Shown one piece after another: positions 37,102 to 47,763 of a stretch of 64,000 nt of DNA. Position numbers and translations under genes: made by a program. Below the pieces are notes generated by a model. That model did not search any database, was not told where the DNA came from, and saw only the letters and a list, made by a program, of their open reading frames with translations. Source of the stretch: an uncultured Cardiobacteriaceae bacterium (GTDB lineage Bacteria; Pseudomonadota; Gammaproteobacteria; Cardiobacteriales; Cardiobacteriaceae). Each line of letters begins with the position of its first letter. Position 1 is the stretch's first letter. Location: positions 3,931-67,930 of the forward strand of contig CAUSKK010000013.1 in assembly GCA_963532425.1 (NCBI GenBank). Direction: 5' to 3'.

Positions 37102-37697
37102 TACTTCCGCCCGAAGGCCTGCTCTTTGCCCTCCCGCAGGCGTTTGATGTTGTCCCGGTGTTTGACCACCAGCACCCCCACCAGCAGCAGCAGCAGCAGC
37201 AGTTCCTGGCGGCTGGCCCCGAGCAGCACCGCCAGCGGCAGGGCGGCGAACATGGCCCCCAGGGCCGACAGCGAGGAAATGCGGGTTTTGTAGAAGATGG
37301 CGGCCCAGACGGCCACCAGCAGCAGGGCCAGCAGCGGTTGCAGGGCCAGCAGCACGCCACAGGCCGTGGCCACGCCCTTGCCGCCCTTGAAGTGGTAGAA
37401 GCAGGGGTAGAGATGGCCAAGGAAAGCGCCCAGGGCGGTGAGCACCTGGGCGGTGAGATTGTGGCTGAGGGCGCCGATGAGCAGCACCGGCAGCAGACCC
37501 TTGAGGGCGTCGCCGAGCAGGGTCAGGGCGCCGGCCTTTTTGCCGCCGAGGCGCAGCACGTTGGTGGCGCCGGGATTGCCGGAGCCGTGGGCCCGGGGGT
37601 CGGGCAGACCCAGCGCCGAAGAAACCAGGGTTGCCGAAGACAATGAACCGGCCAGATAGCCCAGCGCCAGGCCCAGAACAGACCAGAAATAAGACAT
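37101..37697 (-). CDS. plsY: glycerol-3-phosphate acyltransferase
   Basis: 'GSGNPGATNVLR..G' PlsY motif. ATG 37697 has a GGAG RBS; the ORF-track start 37727 has none. Confidence 0.92.
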   Translation of the reverse strand: MSYFWSVLGLALGYLAGSLSSATLVSSALGLPDPRAHGSGNPGATNVLRLGGKKAGALTLLGDALKGLLPVLLIGALSHNLTAQVLTALGAFLGHLYPCFYHFKGGKGVATACGVLLALQPLLALLLVAVWAAIFYKTRISSLSALGAMFAALPLAVLLGASRQELLLLLLLVGVLVVKHRDNIKRLREGKEQAFGRK

Positions 37698-37748
37698 AAA
37701 AACTCCAAAGAAACTATAATTGCCCATTCAATTTTTGAGTTCAAATCG

Positions 37749-38108
37749 ATGCAAGACACTATTTATATCAAGGGTTTAAAAGTTAAAACCACCATTGGTA
37801 TTTTGCCCTACGAGCGCCTGGCACGGCAAACGCTGCTGGTGGGGCTGGAGCTGGCCATCGACCTGCACCTTCCCGGTCAAACCGACACCCTCAGCGACGG
37901 CCTCGACTACCGTCAGGTGGTCCAGTGGGTGGAAGATTTTGCCGCCCGCAGCGAATTCCAACTGCTCGAAGCCTTCGCCGAAGCGCTCTGTGCCGGCCTG
38001 CTGCGGCAATTCCCCCACTGTCAGGGCATTACCCTCGATTTGCAGAAACCCGGCGCCCTGCGCCAGACCCAGCAGCTGGGCCTGCGTATCCACCGCGCCC
38101 GCGACTAA
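37749..38108 (+). CDS. folB: dihydroneopterin aldolase
   Basis: 119 aa. 'I.I.GL.....IG....ER...Q.L.V.L.L', 'D.L.D.LDY' and FolB layout. Confidence 0.85.
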   Translation: MQDTIYIKGLKVKTTIGILPYERLARQTLLVGLELAIDLHLPGQTDTLSDGLDYRQVVQWVEDFAARSEFQLLEAFAEALCAGLLRQFPHCQGITLDLQKPGALRQTQQLGLRIHRARD

Positions 38109-38132
38109 ACCCCATTTTTCAAGGAATTATCC

Positions 38133-39938
38133 ATGACGACATTTCGTAGCCACTACTGCGCCCAGGTCAATGAGAGCCTGATTGGCGAAACCCTGCAGAT
38201 TGCCGGCTGGGCCCGGCGCCGCCGCGACCACGGCGGGGTGATTTTCATCGACCTGCGCGACCGTTCCGGCCTGGTGCAGGTGGTCATCGACCCGGACACC
38301 GCCGAGGCCTTCGCCCGGGCCGAGCAGGTGCGCAATGAATACTGTCTCAGCATTCGCGGCCGGGTGCGCGCCCGGCCGGCCGGCACCGAGAATGCCGAAC
38401 TGACCAGCGGCAAGGTGGAGCTGCTGGCGCTGGAACTGGAGATTCTCTCCAAGTCCGAAGCGCTTCCCTTCCAGCTCGACGAGGACAATGTTTCCGAGGA
38501 AATCCGCCTGAAATACCGCACCATCGACCTGCGCCGCGAATCCATGCAGGCCAATTTGCTGCTGCGCGCCCGGGTGGCCTCGGCCCTGCGCCGCTATCTG
38601 GACGAGCACGGCTTCCTGGACATCGAAACGCCGATGCTGACCCGGGCCACCCCCGAGGGCGCCCGCGACTATCTGGTGCCGTCGCGCACCCACCCGGGCA
38701 AATTCTTCGCCCTGCCCCAGTCGCCCCAGCTGTTCAAGCAGCTGCTGATGATGAGCGGCTTCGACCGCTACTATCAAATCGTGCGCTGCTTCCGCGACGA
38801 GGATTTGCGCGCCGACCGCCAGCCGGAATTCACCCAGCTGGATATTGAGACCTCCTTCCTCGACGAGGAGGAAATCATGGCCCTGATGGAAACCATGATT
38901 CGCGGCGTCTTCAAGGAACAGCTCGGCGTTGAGCTCGGGCCCTTCCCGCGTCTGCCCTACAGCGAGGCCATGCAGCGCTTCGGTTCGGACAAGCCCGATT
39001 TGCGCATTCCGCTGGAAATGGTGGACGTGGCCGATTTGGTGCGCGACAGCAATTTCAAAGTCTTTGCCAGCGTTGCCAGCGCGCCCAACCACCGGGTGGT
39101 GGCCCTGAGGGTGCCCAACGGCGGCCAGCTGACCCGCAAGGAAATCGACGATTACACCGCCTACGTCGGCCGCTACGGCGCCAAGGGCCTGGCCTATATC
39201 AAGGTCAATGACGCCGGCAGCGTGGCCGGTCTGCAGTCGCCCATCGTCAAAAACCTGACCCGGGCCGGCGGCGAGGAGGGCGCGGTGGCCCTGGAAATCG
39301 TCCAGCGGCTCGGTGCCCAGAACGGCGATTTAATCTTCTTCGGCGCCGACCGGGCCAAAATCGTCAATGACGCCATCGGTGCCCTGCGCATCAAGCTGGG
39401 CCTGGATTTGAACCTGCTCACCGGCCCCTGGGCGCCGCTGTGGGTGGTGGATTTCCCCATGTTTGAATATGACGAGCAGGACGGCCGCTATTACTCCACC
39501 CACCACCCCTTCACCCAGCCGAAGGTGGACAACCTCGACGACCTGGACAGCAAGCCCGGCGAGGTGCTGTCCCGGGCCTATGACATGGTGCTGAACGGCA
39601 CGGAAATTGGCGGCGGCTCCATCCGGATTCACCGGGAGGACATGCAGGAGCGCATCTTCAAGTCCCTGGGCATCGGCCCCGAGGAGGCCCAGGAGAAATT
39701 CGGCTTCCTGCTGACGGCGCTGAAATTCGGCTGCCCGCCCCATGGCGGCATGGCCTTCGGCCTCGACCGGCTAATCATGCTGATGGCCGGCGCCAAGTCC
39801 ATTCGCGACGTGATGGCCTTCCCGAAAACCCAGACGGCCCAGGACCCGCTTACCGACGCCCCGGCCGAGGTCAGCGATGCGCAGCTGAAGGAGTTGCACA
39901 TTCGTCGCGCTCCTTCTCCCCTGAAAGGCGAGAAGTAG
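38133..39938 (+). CDS. aspS: aspartate--tRNA ligase (last ~11 codons lie in the first unit of a tandem repeat)
   Basis: 601 aa. 'GW...RRDHGG.IFIDLRD', class II motifs '[18 protein letters not shown]' and 'GGGSIRIH', 'GLDRL'. Confidence 0.96.
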   Translation: MTTFRSHYCAQVNESLIGETLQIAGWARRRRDHGGVIFIDLRDRSGLVQVVIDPDTAEAFARAEQVRNEYCLSIRGRVRARPAGTENAELTSGKVELLALELEILSKSEALPFQLDEDNVSEEIRLKYRTIDLRRESMQANLLLRARVASALRRYLDEHGFLDIETPMLTRATPEGARDYLVPSRTHPGKFFALPQSPQLFKQLLMMSGFDRYYQIVRCFRDEDLRADRQPEFTQLDIETSFLDEEEIMALMETMIRGVFKEQLGVELGPFPRLPYSEAMQRFGSDKPDLRIPLEMVDVADLVRDSNFKVFASVASAPNHRVVALRVPNGGQLTRKEIDDYTAYVGRYGAKGLAYIKVNDAGSVAGLQSPIVKNLTRAGGEEGAVALEIVQRLGAQNGDLIFFGADRAKIVNDAIGALRIKLGLDLNLLTGPWAPLWVVDFPMFEYDEQDGRYYSTHHPFTQPKVDNLDDLDSKPGEVLSRAYDMVLNGTEIGGGSIRIHREDMQERIFKSLGIGPEEAQEKFGFLLTALKFGCPPHGGMAFGLDRLIMLMAGAKSIRDVMAFPKTQTAQDPLTDAPAEVSDAQLKELHIRRAPSPLKGEK

Positions 39939-40092
39939 CTTGACGGGGGGCGTCGCGCTCCTTCTCCCCTGAAAGGCGAGAAGTAGCTTGACGGGGGGGC
40001 GTCGCGCTCCTTCTCCCCTGAAAGGCGAGAAGTAGCTTGACGGGGGGCGCCGCGCTCCTTCTTCCCTCAAGGGCGAGAAGTTGCCCAACGGG
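39903..40092 (+). repeat. four tandem ~48-bp units, each containing a hairpin and a copy of the aspS stop codon
   Basis: The unit 'CGTCGCGCTCCTTCTCCCCTGAAAGGCGAGAAGTAGCTTGACGGGGGG' occurs at 39903-39950, 39951-39999 and 40000-40047, with a degenerate unit at 40048-40092. Inner inverted repeat CTTCTC..GAGAAG. Confidence 0.9.
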
Positions 40093-40105
40093 CTAAACCC
40101 CATTG

Positions 40106-40134
40106 AAACCGCTTCCCAGGGGAGCGGTTTTTTT
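40106..40134 (+). terminator. intrinsic terminator after the aspS repeat block
   Basis: ACCGCTTCC-CAGG-GGAGCGGT followed by T7. Confidence 0.7.
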
Positions 40135-40148
40135 ATGGGCGGCTGCCG

Positions 40149-41806
40149 GAAGCGCTTCCCCCTAAACCCTGGGCTCGAAGCGCTTCGCTCTGAACAACCT
40201 TAAAAGAAGCGCTTCGGTTTCTCCGGCCGCCGGGAACGAAGCGCTTCGTTGAAAGTCCTATTTTCCCAGTCAGAAGCGCTTTGCTCTAACCCCCGAGGCC
40301 GAAGCGCTCCCTTCTTCTAAGACAGCAGAAACACTTCCCCGGGCATCAAACCGAAGCACTTCGGTTGCTAGCGGCAAGAGGCGGAAAAAAGCATCGGGGA
40401 AGCGCTTTACTCTGGAAACCCACAAAAGCCGGAAGCACTTCACCGCTGAAAGTCCAAAATAAAGCCACTGGGCCGGCGGGCCGAAGCGCTCCCCTTTTCC
40501 CAAAGAATGAATAAAGGTTCCGGCTTAAAGCGCTTCGTTGAGAAATGTCCTTCAGAAAAGAAGCGCTTCCTGGGGAACCCCCGGCCCGGGCCATTACTTC
40601 CACAGACGACGAAGGCGAAGCGCTTCGGTTTCTCTGGCCGCCGGGAACGAAGCGCTTCCTTCTTTAACCGAGGCCAGCACAGCAATAGAACGTTTTGCAC
40701 TGGCTGCCTCACCCTTGGCAGTGATAAAAGCCCCGGCCCGGTTTTGGTTGGAAGGGAAAGAAGCGCTTCGCCTCTGGGCTTTAAAACGCTTCCTCGGCCC
40801 GAAGCGCTTCGATTTAATCGCCGACGCTGGCCGGGTCGGCAATTTATCCCCCGCCAGAAACTGAAAAAAACCCGGGCCGTCGGGGCGCCGCTATTTCCCA
40901 GCCGTCCGGGCGAAGCGCTTCGCTAAAAACGACTCGGGCCGGATAGCTAAAAACAACCGACGCCGGGTCGGGAAAACCACTGGCCCCGGCCGCAGCGCTT
41001 CGGCTGCCAGCGGCCGGAAGCCGAAAAAACCACCGGGGAAGCGCTTTACTCTGGAAACCCACAAAAGCCGGAAGCGCTTCGCCGTTGAAAGCCTCAGAAG
41101 GCCACTGGGCCGGGGGAACGAAGCGCTTTGAGTTCGGCCCGAAGAGAGGCTCTCTAGCTGAAAGCCGGTGAAAAACGAAGCGCTTCGGTGGAGCTTACTG
41201 CGAAAGTAAAGCCACGACCGCCCGCGCCCGGCCGGGGCCAATCGTGTTTTTGTGAACAGGGGAAGCGCTTCCAACGGGAAAGCCAGCCAGGGGACGAAGC
41301 GCTTCCCCTTCTGGCCGCAACTGATGAATAGGACTAGCCGGGCCAAGGGCCGCCGCCGAGCAATGCCGAAGCGCTTCCCTCGGGAAAGCCGCATTCAAAG
41401 TGAGCCGGCGGGCCGGGGCGTCATCGTTCCGGCGGCGAAGCGCTTCCTTCTCTAAATCTAGGGTCGGCCCGGCAATAAACCCTTTTGCGCCCGCTGTTTC
41501 GGTCAAAACGACTCGGGCCGTAGGAGCACTTCTCCCGGCTCGCAAACCGAAGCGCTTCATTAATTGGCCGGCGCCGGCTAAAGACGAGAAGAAGCGCTTC
41601 CCCCGGCGAAAAGGAAAGCCGGCCCCGGTCGCAGCGCTTCGGTTACAGCGTCGGTTCGGACGTTTTCCCGGGGCCCCGGGGCCGCGCTTTTTATCTGGCC
41701 AGCGGGACGAACGGCCGTCGCGCTTCCCCTTTTCCCAAAAGACAAATCAAGAGGCCCCGGCCCGAAGCGCTTCGGTTTTAGCTCGTGCGATGGTCCGAAG
41801 CGCTTC
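40149..41806. repeat. array E of GAAGCGCTTC palindromes (20 exact plus more than 10 variant)
   Basis: Manual scan. Contains a ~140-bp internal duplication (40351-40492 vs 40991-41130) and a ~50-bp one (40206-40250 vs 40617-40660). Confidence 0.9.
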
Positions 41807-41836
41807 GGTTTCAGCGCCCCGGCGGCGGCGCGGGCA

Positions 41837-41862
41837 CAAAAAAGCCGCCCTTACGGACGGCT
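41837..41862 (-). terminator. intrinsic terminator after the 237-aa secreted-protein gene
   Basis: The minus strand reads GCCGTCC-GTAA-GGGCGGC followed by T6. Confidence 0.75.
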
Positions 41863-41881
41863 TCGCCGGGTGGCGAGTGGA

Positions 41882-42595
41882 CTAATCGTCGATGCTCAGG
41901 CCGTTTTCGGTCAGATGGATTTTGTCCACCGGTACCTTGGTCATGTCCTCCAGGGCGTTTTTGGCGGCGGCCTGGGCGGCCGGGAAATTATCGTCGGGAA
42001 CATTGGGAATGATGCCCTGATGACCACCGAGCACCACCAGCATCTGGGTGCCAATCATGACGGCCTGCAAATAGGCCTCCTTCTTGGTGGCCGCGGCCAC
42101 CTGCTCATAGGCGCCGGGGTTGGCCAGCAGGGCCGCCGCAAACTGCTTTTCCACCTGCTCGGTGATTTTGTCGAGGGCGTCGGCCTGGCTCTGCGGGGTG
42201 AGCGCTGTGTTGTGGTAGGTGTGATAGTTGGCGATGAGGAAATGGGCGAAGGCCGCCGCCAGCGTCCGGTCGGAGGGCTTCTCCACATCGCTGTCATAGT
42301 AGTTGTAGAGCTGAATGTAGAGCTGCTGGGCCTGTTCCCGGTGGTCGGCGGGGAAATGCTGGGCCAGGGTCTTGGCCATGCTTTCCACCTCGGCGCTGCT
42401 GACCTTGATTTCCGGCAGCGTTTGCAGCCGTTCCGCTGCCTGGGGCGTGGCCGGTTCGGCGGCGGCACTCTGGGCCAACGGCTTGGCGTCGCCGCCGTAG
42501 GCGAAGGAACTGGTCATCATTGCGCCCAAATCCGGGGAGAACTGGGCGGAAACGGTGGTGGCGGCCAGGAAGGCCATGAGTAGCAGTTTTTTCAT
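41882..42595 (-). CDS. secreted hypothetical protein (237 aa)
   Basis: Signal peptide 'MKKLLLMAFLAATTVSAQ'. Helical, with GC3-rich codons. No motif recognised. Confidence 0.65.
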   Translation of the reverse strand: MKKLLLMAFLAATTVSAQFSPDLGAMMTSSFAYGGDAKPLAQSAAAEPATPQAAERLQTLPEIKVSSAEVESMAKTLAQHFPADHREQAQQLYIQLYNYYDSDVEKPSDRTLAAAFAHFLIANYHTYHNTALTPQSQADALDKITEQVEKQFAAALLANPGAYEQVAAATKKEAYLQAVMIGTQMLVVLGGHQGIIPNVPDDNFPAAQAAAKNALEDMTKVPVDKIHLTENGLSIDD

Positions 42596-42679
42596 CGTTT
42601 TTCCTTGATTTAGGGAAGGGGCGACCGGCGAACGCGGCCGGCCGCTGGGCCATTATGGCCCCATTACCGCAGAAAAGAT

Positions 42680-43939
42680 TTAGCCCCGCACCTGGCCGCT
42701 GCCGCGCACGTAGAACTTGCTGCTGGTCAGGGCCTCCAGCCCCATGGGCCCCCGGGCGTGCATCTTCTGGGTGGAAATGCCGATTTCGGCGCCGAGGCCG
42801 AAGACAAAGCCATCGGTGAAGCGGGTGGAGGCATTGACATAGACCACCGCCGCGTCCACCTCCTCCTGAAAGCGCCGGGCCCGGTCGAGGTCGCGGGTGA
42901 GAATGGCCTCGGAATGGCCGCTGCCGTGGCGGTTAATCCAGCTGATGGCGTCGTCCAGCTCGTCCACCACCGCCACCGCCAGCACGTAATCGAGAAACTC
43001 GGTGTCATAGTCGGCGGCCGTGGCCGGAATGGCCGTGGGCAGCCAGGCCCGGGCGCGGTCGTCGGCGCGCAGCTGCACCGGGTGCACCGCGTCCAGGGCC
43101 GCCGCCAGGCCGGGAAGGAAGCGCTCGGCCTCGGCCCGGTGCACCAGCAGCGTTTCCACCGCGTTGCAGACGCTGGGCCGCTGGGTTTTGGCATTGACCA
43201 CCACGCGCGTCGCCAGAGCCAAATCGGCGCCGGCGTCCACATAGATATGCACGTTGCCGACGCCGGTTTCGATGACCGGCACCCGGGCCTCATTTTTCAC
43301 CGTGGCGATGAGCTGGGCGCCGCCGCGCGGAATCAGCACATCCACCCAGTCCCGGGCCCGCATCAGCGCCGCCGCCGTGGCCCGGTCGCCGTCGGCCAGC
43401 AGCTGCACCGCATCGGCGGGCAGACCGGCCGCCGTCAGCGTCGCCCGGATAACCGCCACCAGCGCCCGGTTGCTGGCCTGGGCATCGCTGCCGCCGCGCA
43501 GAATGATGGTGTTGCCGGTTTTGAAGGCGAGGGCGAAGGCATCGACGGCCACGTTCGGCCGGCTCTCAAATATCATCGCCACCACCCCCAGCGGCACGCG
43601 TTTTTGCAGGATTTCCAGGCCGTCGGCGCTGGTGTGGCCGCCGAGAACGGTGCCGATGGGGTCGGCCAGGGCCGCCACCGCCTCCACGCCGGCGGCGAGG
43701 GCGTCGATGCGGCCGGCGTCGAGACGCAGCCGGTCGAGCATCACCGTTTCCCGGCCGTTGGCCGTGGCCCGGGCCAGGTCCTCTTGGTTGGCGGCCAGCA
43801 GGGCCGGGGTGGCGGCGCGCAGGGCCGGAGCCAGGGCGCGCAGCAGGCTATTTTTCGTGGCCGTGTCGAGCCGGGCCAGCTGGGGGGCCACCGTCCGGGC
43901 CCGTTGGCCGTACTGGGCAATCCATTTTTCCGGGGTCAT
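42680..43939 (-). CDS. proA: gamma-glutamyl phosphate reductase
   Basis: 419 aa. 'ESRPNV..DA.AL..K.GN..ILRGG', 'CNA.ETLLVH' and 'HGS.HSEAI'. Confidence 0.95.
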   Translation of the reverse strand: MTPEKWIAQYGQRARTVAPQLARLDTATKNSLLRALAPALRAATPALLAANQEDLARATANGRETVMLDRLRLDAGRIDALAAGVEAVAALADPIGTVLGGHTSADGLEILQKRVPLGVVAMIFESRPNVAVDAFALAFKTGNTIILRGGSDAQASNRALVAVIRATLTAAGLPADAVQLLADGDRATAAALMRARDWVDVLIPRGGAQLIATVKNEARVPVIETGVGNVHIYVDAGADLALATRVVVNAKTQRPSVCNAVETLLVHRAEAERFLPGLAAALDAVHPVQLRADDRARAWLPTAIPATAADYDTEFLDYVLAVAVVDELDDAISWINRHGSGHSEAILTRDLDRARRFQEEVDAAVVYVNASTRFTDGFVFGLGAEIGISTQKMHARGPMGLEALTSSKFYVRGSGQVRG

Positions 43940-43940
43940 G

Positions 43941-44747
43941 TCAGTTCTCCTTGTTATTCACAAACCAGGTGCCGAGCGCTTCGCCGTCGAGGACGCGCAG
44001 CAGGTCGCGGGGCTGGGCGCCGTTGAGCAGCACCATCTGCCGATTCTCGGCCAGCAGCATTCGGGCACAGCGCACCTTGCTGGCCATGCCGCCGGTGCCG
44101 TGGCGACTGCCGCTGCCGCCGGCGGCCGCTTCGATGGCCGCGTCAATCACGCTCACCCGCTCCAGCCGCCGGGCGCCGGGCTCCTGGGGCGGCCGGTCAT
44201 AGAGGCCGTCGATGTCGGACAGCATCAGCAGCAGGTCGGCGTCGATGATGTGGGCCACCAGCGCCGAGAGCTGGTCGTTGTCGCCGAATTTGGTGCGATG
44301 GTCCATTTCCTCCACGCTGACGGCGTCGTTCTCATTGACGATGGGCAGAACGTCGAGGGCGCGCAGGCTGGCGAGGGCATTGCGGACGTTGGCCAGGCTG
44401 GTGGGAAATTCCACCACGTCCCGGGTCAGCAGCAGCTGGGAAACGCGCTGCTGGTAGTGGCCGAAGAGCTGGCTGTAGAGATTCATCAGCGCCACCTGGC
44501 CGACGCTGGAAATGGCCTGCTGCCGGGCAATGTCCGCCGGCCGCCGGTCGAGGCCGAGCAGATTGAGGCCAAAGCCCATGGCGCCGGAGGAGACCAGCAC
44601 CACTTCGAGGCCGCGCCGGCGCAGGGCGCTGAGGGCGAAGGCGAGGGCGTCCATTCGTTCCAGACGGATACTCTGGTCGGCCGCCACCAGGGTGCTGGTG
44701 CCCACCTTGACCACCAGCCGCCGCACCGAGGCAAAATCACGTTGCAT
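43941..44747 (-). CDS. proB: glutamate 5-kinase (short form without PUA domain)
   Basis: 'VVKVGTSTL', 'VLVSSGA' and 'FGDND.LSALVA'. The stop is 1 nt before the proA ATG. Confidence 0.92.
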   Translation of the reverse strand: MQRDFASVRRLVVKVGTSTLVAADQSIRLERMDALAFALSALRRRGLEVVLVSSGAMGFGLNLLGLDRRPADIARQQAISSVGQVALMNLYSQLFGHYQQRVSQLLLTRDVVEFPTSLANVRNALASLRALDVLPIVNENDAVSVEEMDHRTKFGDNDQLSALVAHIIDADLLLMLSDIDGLYDRPPQEPGARRLERVSVIDAAIEAAAGGSGSRHGTGGMASKVRCARMLLAENRQMVLLNGAQPRDLLRVLDGEALGTWFVNNKEN

Positions 44748-44981
44748 GGGAATTCTCCTGAAGATTCGGCTCTTCAGCCTAGCACAGGCCGGGAAGCGCT
44801 TCCCCCTAATAAATAAGGACTTTCTCTCCGCCCCCGACGGCCGGCGGTTGGATGATTTTTCCGTAAATTGTGCTGGCCCGGCGCCACCGCTAAAATCCCT
44901 TCGGACAGGGCCCGCCCGGGCTAAAGGCGGCTGCCCCTGTCGCCCTTGCTTCTATAGCTTCGACAACTAAAGGATTTGGAA

Positions 44982-46019
44982 ATGACAATAGCGGTTGTGA
45001 TTACTACCCACGGTCAGGCGGCGCCGGCCCTGCTGGCGACCACCGAGATGATTATTGGCACCCAGGACAATGTGGCCTGCGTGGATTTTGTGCCGGGCGA
45101 GAATGGCGAGGTGCTGGCCGGCAAAATTCGCCAGCGCCTGGCCGACCTGGACCTTTCCCAGGGTCTGCTGCTGATGGTGGACCTGTGGGGCGGCACCCCC
45201 TTCAATACCGCCAACGGCCTGGCCCGGGAAAATGAGAATTTTGAAGTGGTTACCGGCGTCAGCGTGCCCATGCTGATTTCCGTGCTCTCCGGCCGGGACG
45301 AGGTCAGCGGCCTGGCCCAGCTGGCGGAAATGGCCGTCTGCGATGGCCGCGACGGCGTCCGCGCCCTGAAAACCCAAGTGAACAGCGAAACCAGTAGCCC
45401 GGCGGCCCCGGCCCCGGCGCCCACCCCGGCTCCGGCCGCCCCCGCTAGCGAAGGGCCAATCGACGAGGAGACCCAGCGGCTGCGCGCCGAGGCCTCGGCC
45501 CGGGTCAAGGACGGCCCGCACATGCAGTTCGGCCTCTGGCGCATCGACGACCGGCTCATTCACGGCCAGGTGGCCACGCGCTGGACCAAGGAAACCGGCG
45601 TCAATCGCATCATTGTGGTTAGCGACACGGTGGCCGCCGATAAAACCCGCAGCACCATGCTGAAGCAGGCGGTGCCGCCGGGGGTTACAGCCCACGTGGT
45701 CAGCGTGGACAAGATGATGCGCGTCTACAACAACCCAAGCTACGCCCACGACCGGGTCATGCTGCTCTTCACCAACCCCAGCGACGCCCTGGAACTGGTG
45801 CGCCGGGGCGTGCCCATTAAGTCCATCAACATCGGCGGCATGGCCTACAAGGAGGGCCGCACCATGCTGGACACCTCCGTGTCCGTCGATGAGAAGGACG
45901 TGGCCGCCTTCCGCGAGCTGGACAGCAAGGGCATTGAACTGGAGGTGCGCAAGGTGGCCTCCGACCGCAAGGTGCCGGTGCTGCAGCTCATCGCCGAAAA
46001 ATACCAACCCAAACCCTAA
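44982..46019 (+). CDS. manX: PTS mannose-family EIIAB component
   Basis: 'IAVVITTHG' (IIA His), Ala/Pro linker and 'RIDDRLIHGQVAT.W' (IIB His). ATG 44982 with an AAAGGA RBS; the ORF track uses TTG 44976. Confidence 0.92.
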   Translation: MTIAVVITTHGQAAPALLATTEMIIGTQDNVACVDFVPGENGEVLAGKIRQRLADLDLSQGLLLMVDLWGGTPFNTANGLARENENFEVVTGVSVPMLISVLSGRDEVSGLAQLAEMAVCDGRDGVRALKTQVNSETSSPAAPAPAPTPAPAAPASEGPIDEETQRLRAEASARVKDGPHMQFGLWRIDDRLIHGQVATRWTKETGVNRIIVVSDTVAADKTRSTMLKQAVPPGVTAHVVSVDKMMRVYNNPSYAHDRVMLLFTNPSDALELVRRGVPIKSINIGGMAYKEGRTMLDTSVSVDEKDVAAFRELDSKGIELEVRKVASDRKVPVLQLIAEKYQPKP

Positions 46020-46031
46020 CGGAGCTTTCCC

Positions 46032-46838
46032 ATGGAATTTTCAACGCTACAACTGCTGCTGGTCTTTCTCACCAGCTGTCTCATTGGCATGGGCGCGGTG
46101 CTCGATGAATTTCAGACCCACCGCCCGCTGATTGCCTGCACCCTCACCGGCCTGGCCCTGGGCGATATGACCAGCGGCATCATGGTCGGTGGCTCCCTGG
46201 AGGTCATCGCCCTGGGCTGGATGAACATCGGCGCCTCCATCGCCCCGGACGCGGCCCTGACCTCGGTGATTTCCACCATTCTCGTAATTGGTGCCAAGCA
46301 GGACATTAACGCCGCCATCGGCTATGCCACTCCACTGGCCGCCGCCGGCCAGGTGCTGACCGTCATCGTGCGGACGCTGGCCGTGGGGGTGCAACACGCC
46401 GCCGACCGGGCCATTAACCGCGGCAGCCTGCGCACCATTAGCTATCTGCACCTGGGCGCTCTACTGATGCAGGCCATGCGCGTGGCCATTCCGGCGCTGG
46501 TGCTGGCCCTAACCATCGGTTCCAACACCATTCAGCAGATGCTCAACAGCATTCCCGATGTGGTAACCAGCGGCCTGAGCGTCGGCGGCGGCATGGTGGT
46601 AGCGGTCGGTTACGCCATGGTCATCAATATGATGTGGGCGTCGCACCTGAAGATGTTCTTCTTCCTCGGCTTCGTGGTGGCCGGCTACTCCCAGTACAAC
46701 CTGGTGGCCCTGGGCATCATCGGCCTAGCCCTGGCCTATTTCTACATTCACATTCATCCCAAATACAACAGGGCCGCCGGCGGCGCCGCCGTGGCCCCCA
46801 GTCCAGCCGCCAACCGTCTGGACGACCAACTGGACTAG
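46032..46838 (+). CDS. manY: PTS mannose-family EIIC component
   Basis: 268 aa polytopic protein in manX-Y-Z order. Confidence 0.88.
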   Translation: MEFSTLQLLLVFLTSCLIGMGAVLDEFQTHRPLIACTLTGLALGDMTSGIMVGGSLEVIALGWMNIGASIAPDAALTSVISTILVIGAKQDINAAIGYATPLAAAGQVLTVIVRTLAVGVQHAADRAINRGSLRTISYLHLGALLMQAMRVAIPALVLALTIGSNTIQQMLNSIPDVVTSGLSVGGGMVVAVGYAMVINMMWASHLKMFFFLGFVVAGYSQYNLVALGIIGLALAYFYIHIHPKYNRAAGGAAVAPSPAANRLDDQLD

Positions 46839-46847
46839 GAGCGCCCC

Positions 46848-47696
46848 ATGGAAAATAAACAAGTAAAACTGACCAAAGCCGACATTAACGCCTGTTTTGT
46901 GCGTTCCAACCTGCTGCAGGGCTCCTGGAACTTTGAACGGATGCAGGCCCTGGGCTACGCCTTCGGCATGGTGCCGGCCATTCGCCGCCTCTATCCGGAA
47001 GGTAGCCAGGAACGCAAGGACGCCATTAAGCGCCACCTGGAGTTCTATAACACCCAGCCCTTCATGACCGCGCCCATTCTCGGCGTAAACCTGGCCATGG
47101 AGGAGCAGCGCGCCAACGGGGCCCCCATTGACGATGCGGCCATCAACGGCATGAAGGTGGGCCTGATGGGGCCGCTGGCCGGCGTCGGCGACCCGATTTT
47201 CTGGGGCACGCTGCGGCCGATTCTGGCCCTTCTTGGCGCGAACCTGGCGCTGGTGAAAGATGAGGCCGGCCGCGTCATCAGCGGCAATATCCTCGGCCCC
47301 ATCTTCTTCTTCCTCGCCTTTAACCTGGTGCGCCTCGGCTTCCGCTACTGGGGTATCCACTACGGCTACCGCAAGGGCATGGAAATCGTTTCGGACATGG
47401 GCAGCGGCATTCTGCAGAAACTGACCGAAGCCGCTTCCATTCTCGGCCTCTTCATCATGGGGGCGCTGGTGGTGCGCTGGACGACCATTAACATTGCCCT
47501 CAGCTTTTCCACCGCCGAGGGCCAGCCGCCCATCAAGCTGCAGGGGATGCTGGACAACCTGTTGCACGGTCTGCCGGCCCTGGGTCTAACCTTCCTCTGC
47601 ATGTACCTGCTGAAGAAGGGGGTGAACGCGCTCTTGCTCATCTTCGCCCTCTTCGGCCTCGGCATTCTTGGCTACTGGCTGAAAATCCTGGCCTGA
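46848..47696 (+). CDS. manZ: PTS mannose-family EIID component
   Basis: 'W.FERMQ.LG', 'H.EF(Y/F)NT.P' and 'GPLAG.GD' are EIID motifs. Confidence 0.9.
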   Translation: MENKQVKLTKADINACFVRSNLLQGSWNFERMQALGYAFGMVPAIRRLYPEGSQERKDAIKRHLEFYNTQPFMTAPILGVNLAMEEQRANGAPIDDAAINGMKVGLMGPLAGVGDPIFWGTLRPILALLGANLALVKDEAGRVISGNILGPIFFFLAFNLVRLGFRYWGIHYGYRKGMEIVSDMGSGILQKLTEAASILGLFIMGALVVRWTTINIALSFSTAEGQPPIKLQGMLDNLLHGLPALGLTFLCMYLLKKGVNALLLIFALFGLGILGYWLKILA

Positions 47697-47763
47697 TGCA
47701 CGGCAAACTTTTTAACGCCACGCCTTCCCCCTCGGGGAGGGCGTTTTTTTCATTGGAGTTACC

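Noticed and set aside
40891-41394. ORF-track ORFs inside the arrays, for example 40891..41394(-), 31261..31596(-), 53977..54378(-), 41400..41885(+) and 60382..60597(+).
   Set aside because: Their peptides are strings of KRF / EALR / GSAS / SASV, which are simply the three-frame translations of GAAGCGCTTC. They have no RBS, they overlap on both strands, and their composition is not protein-like.
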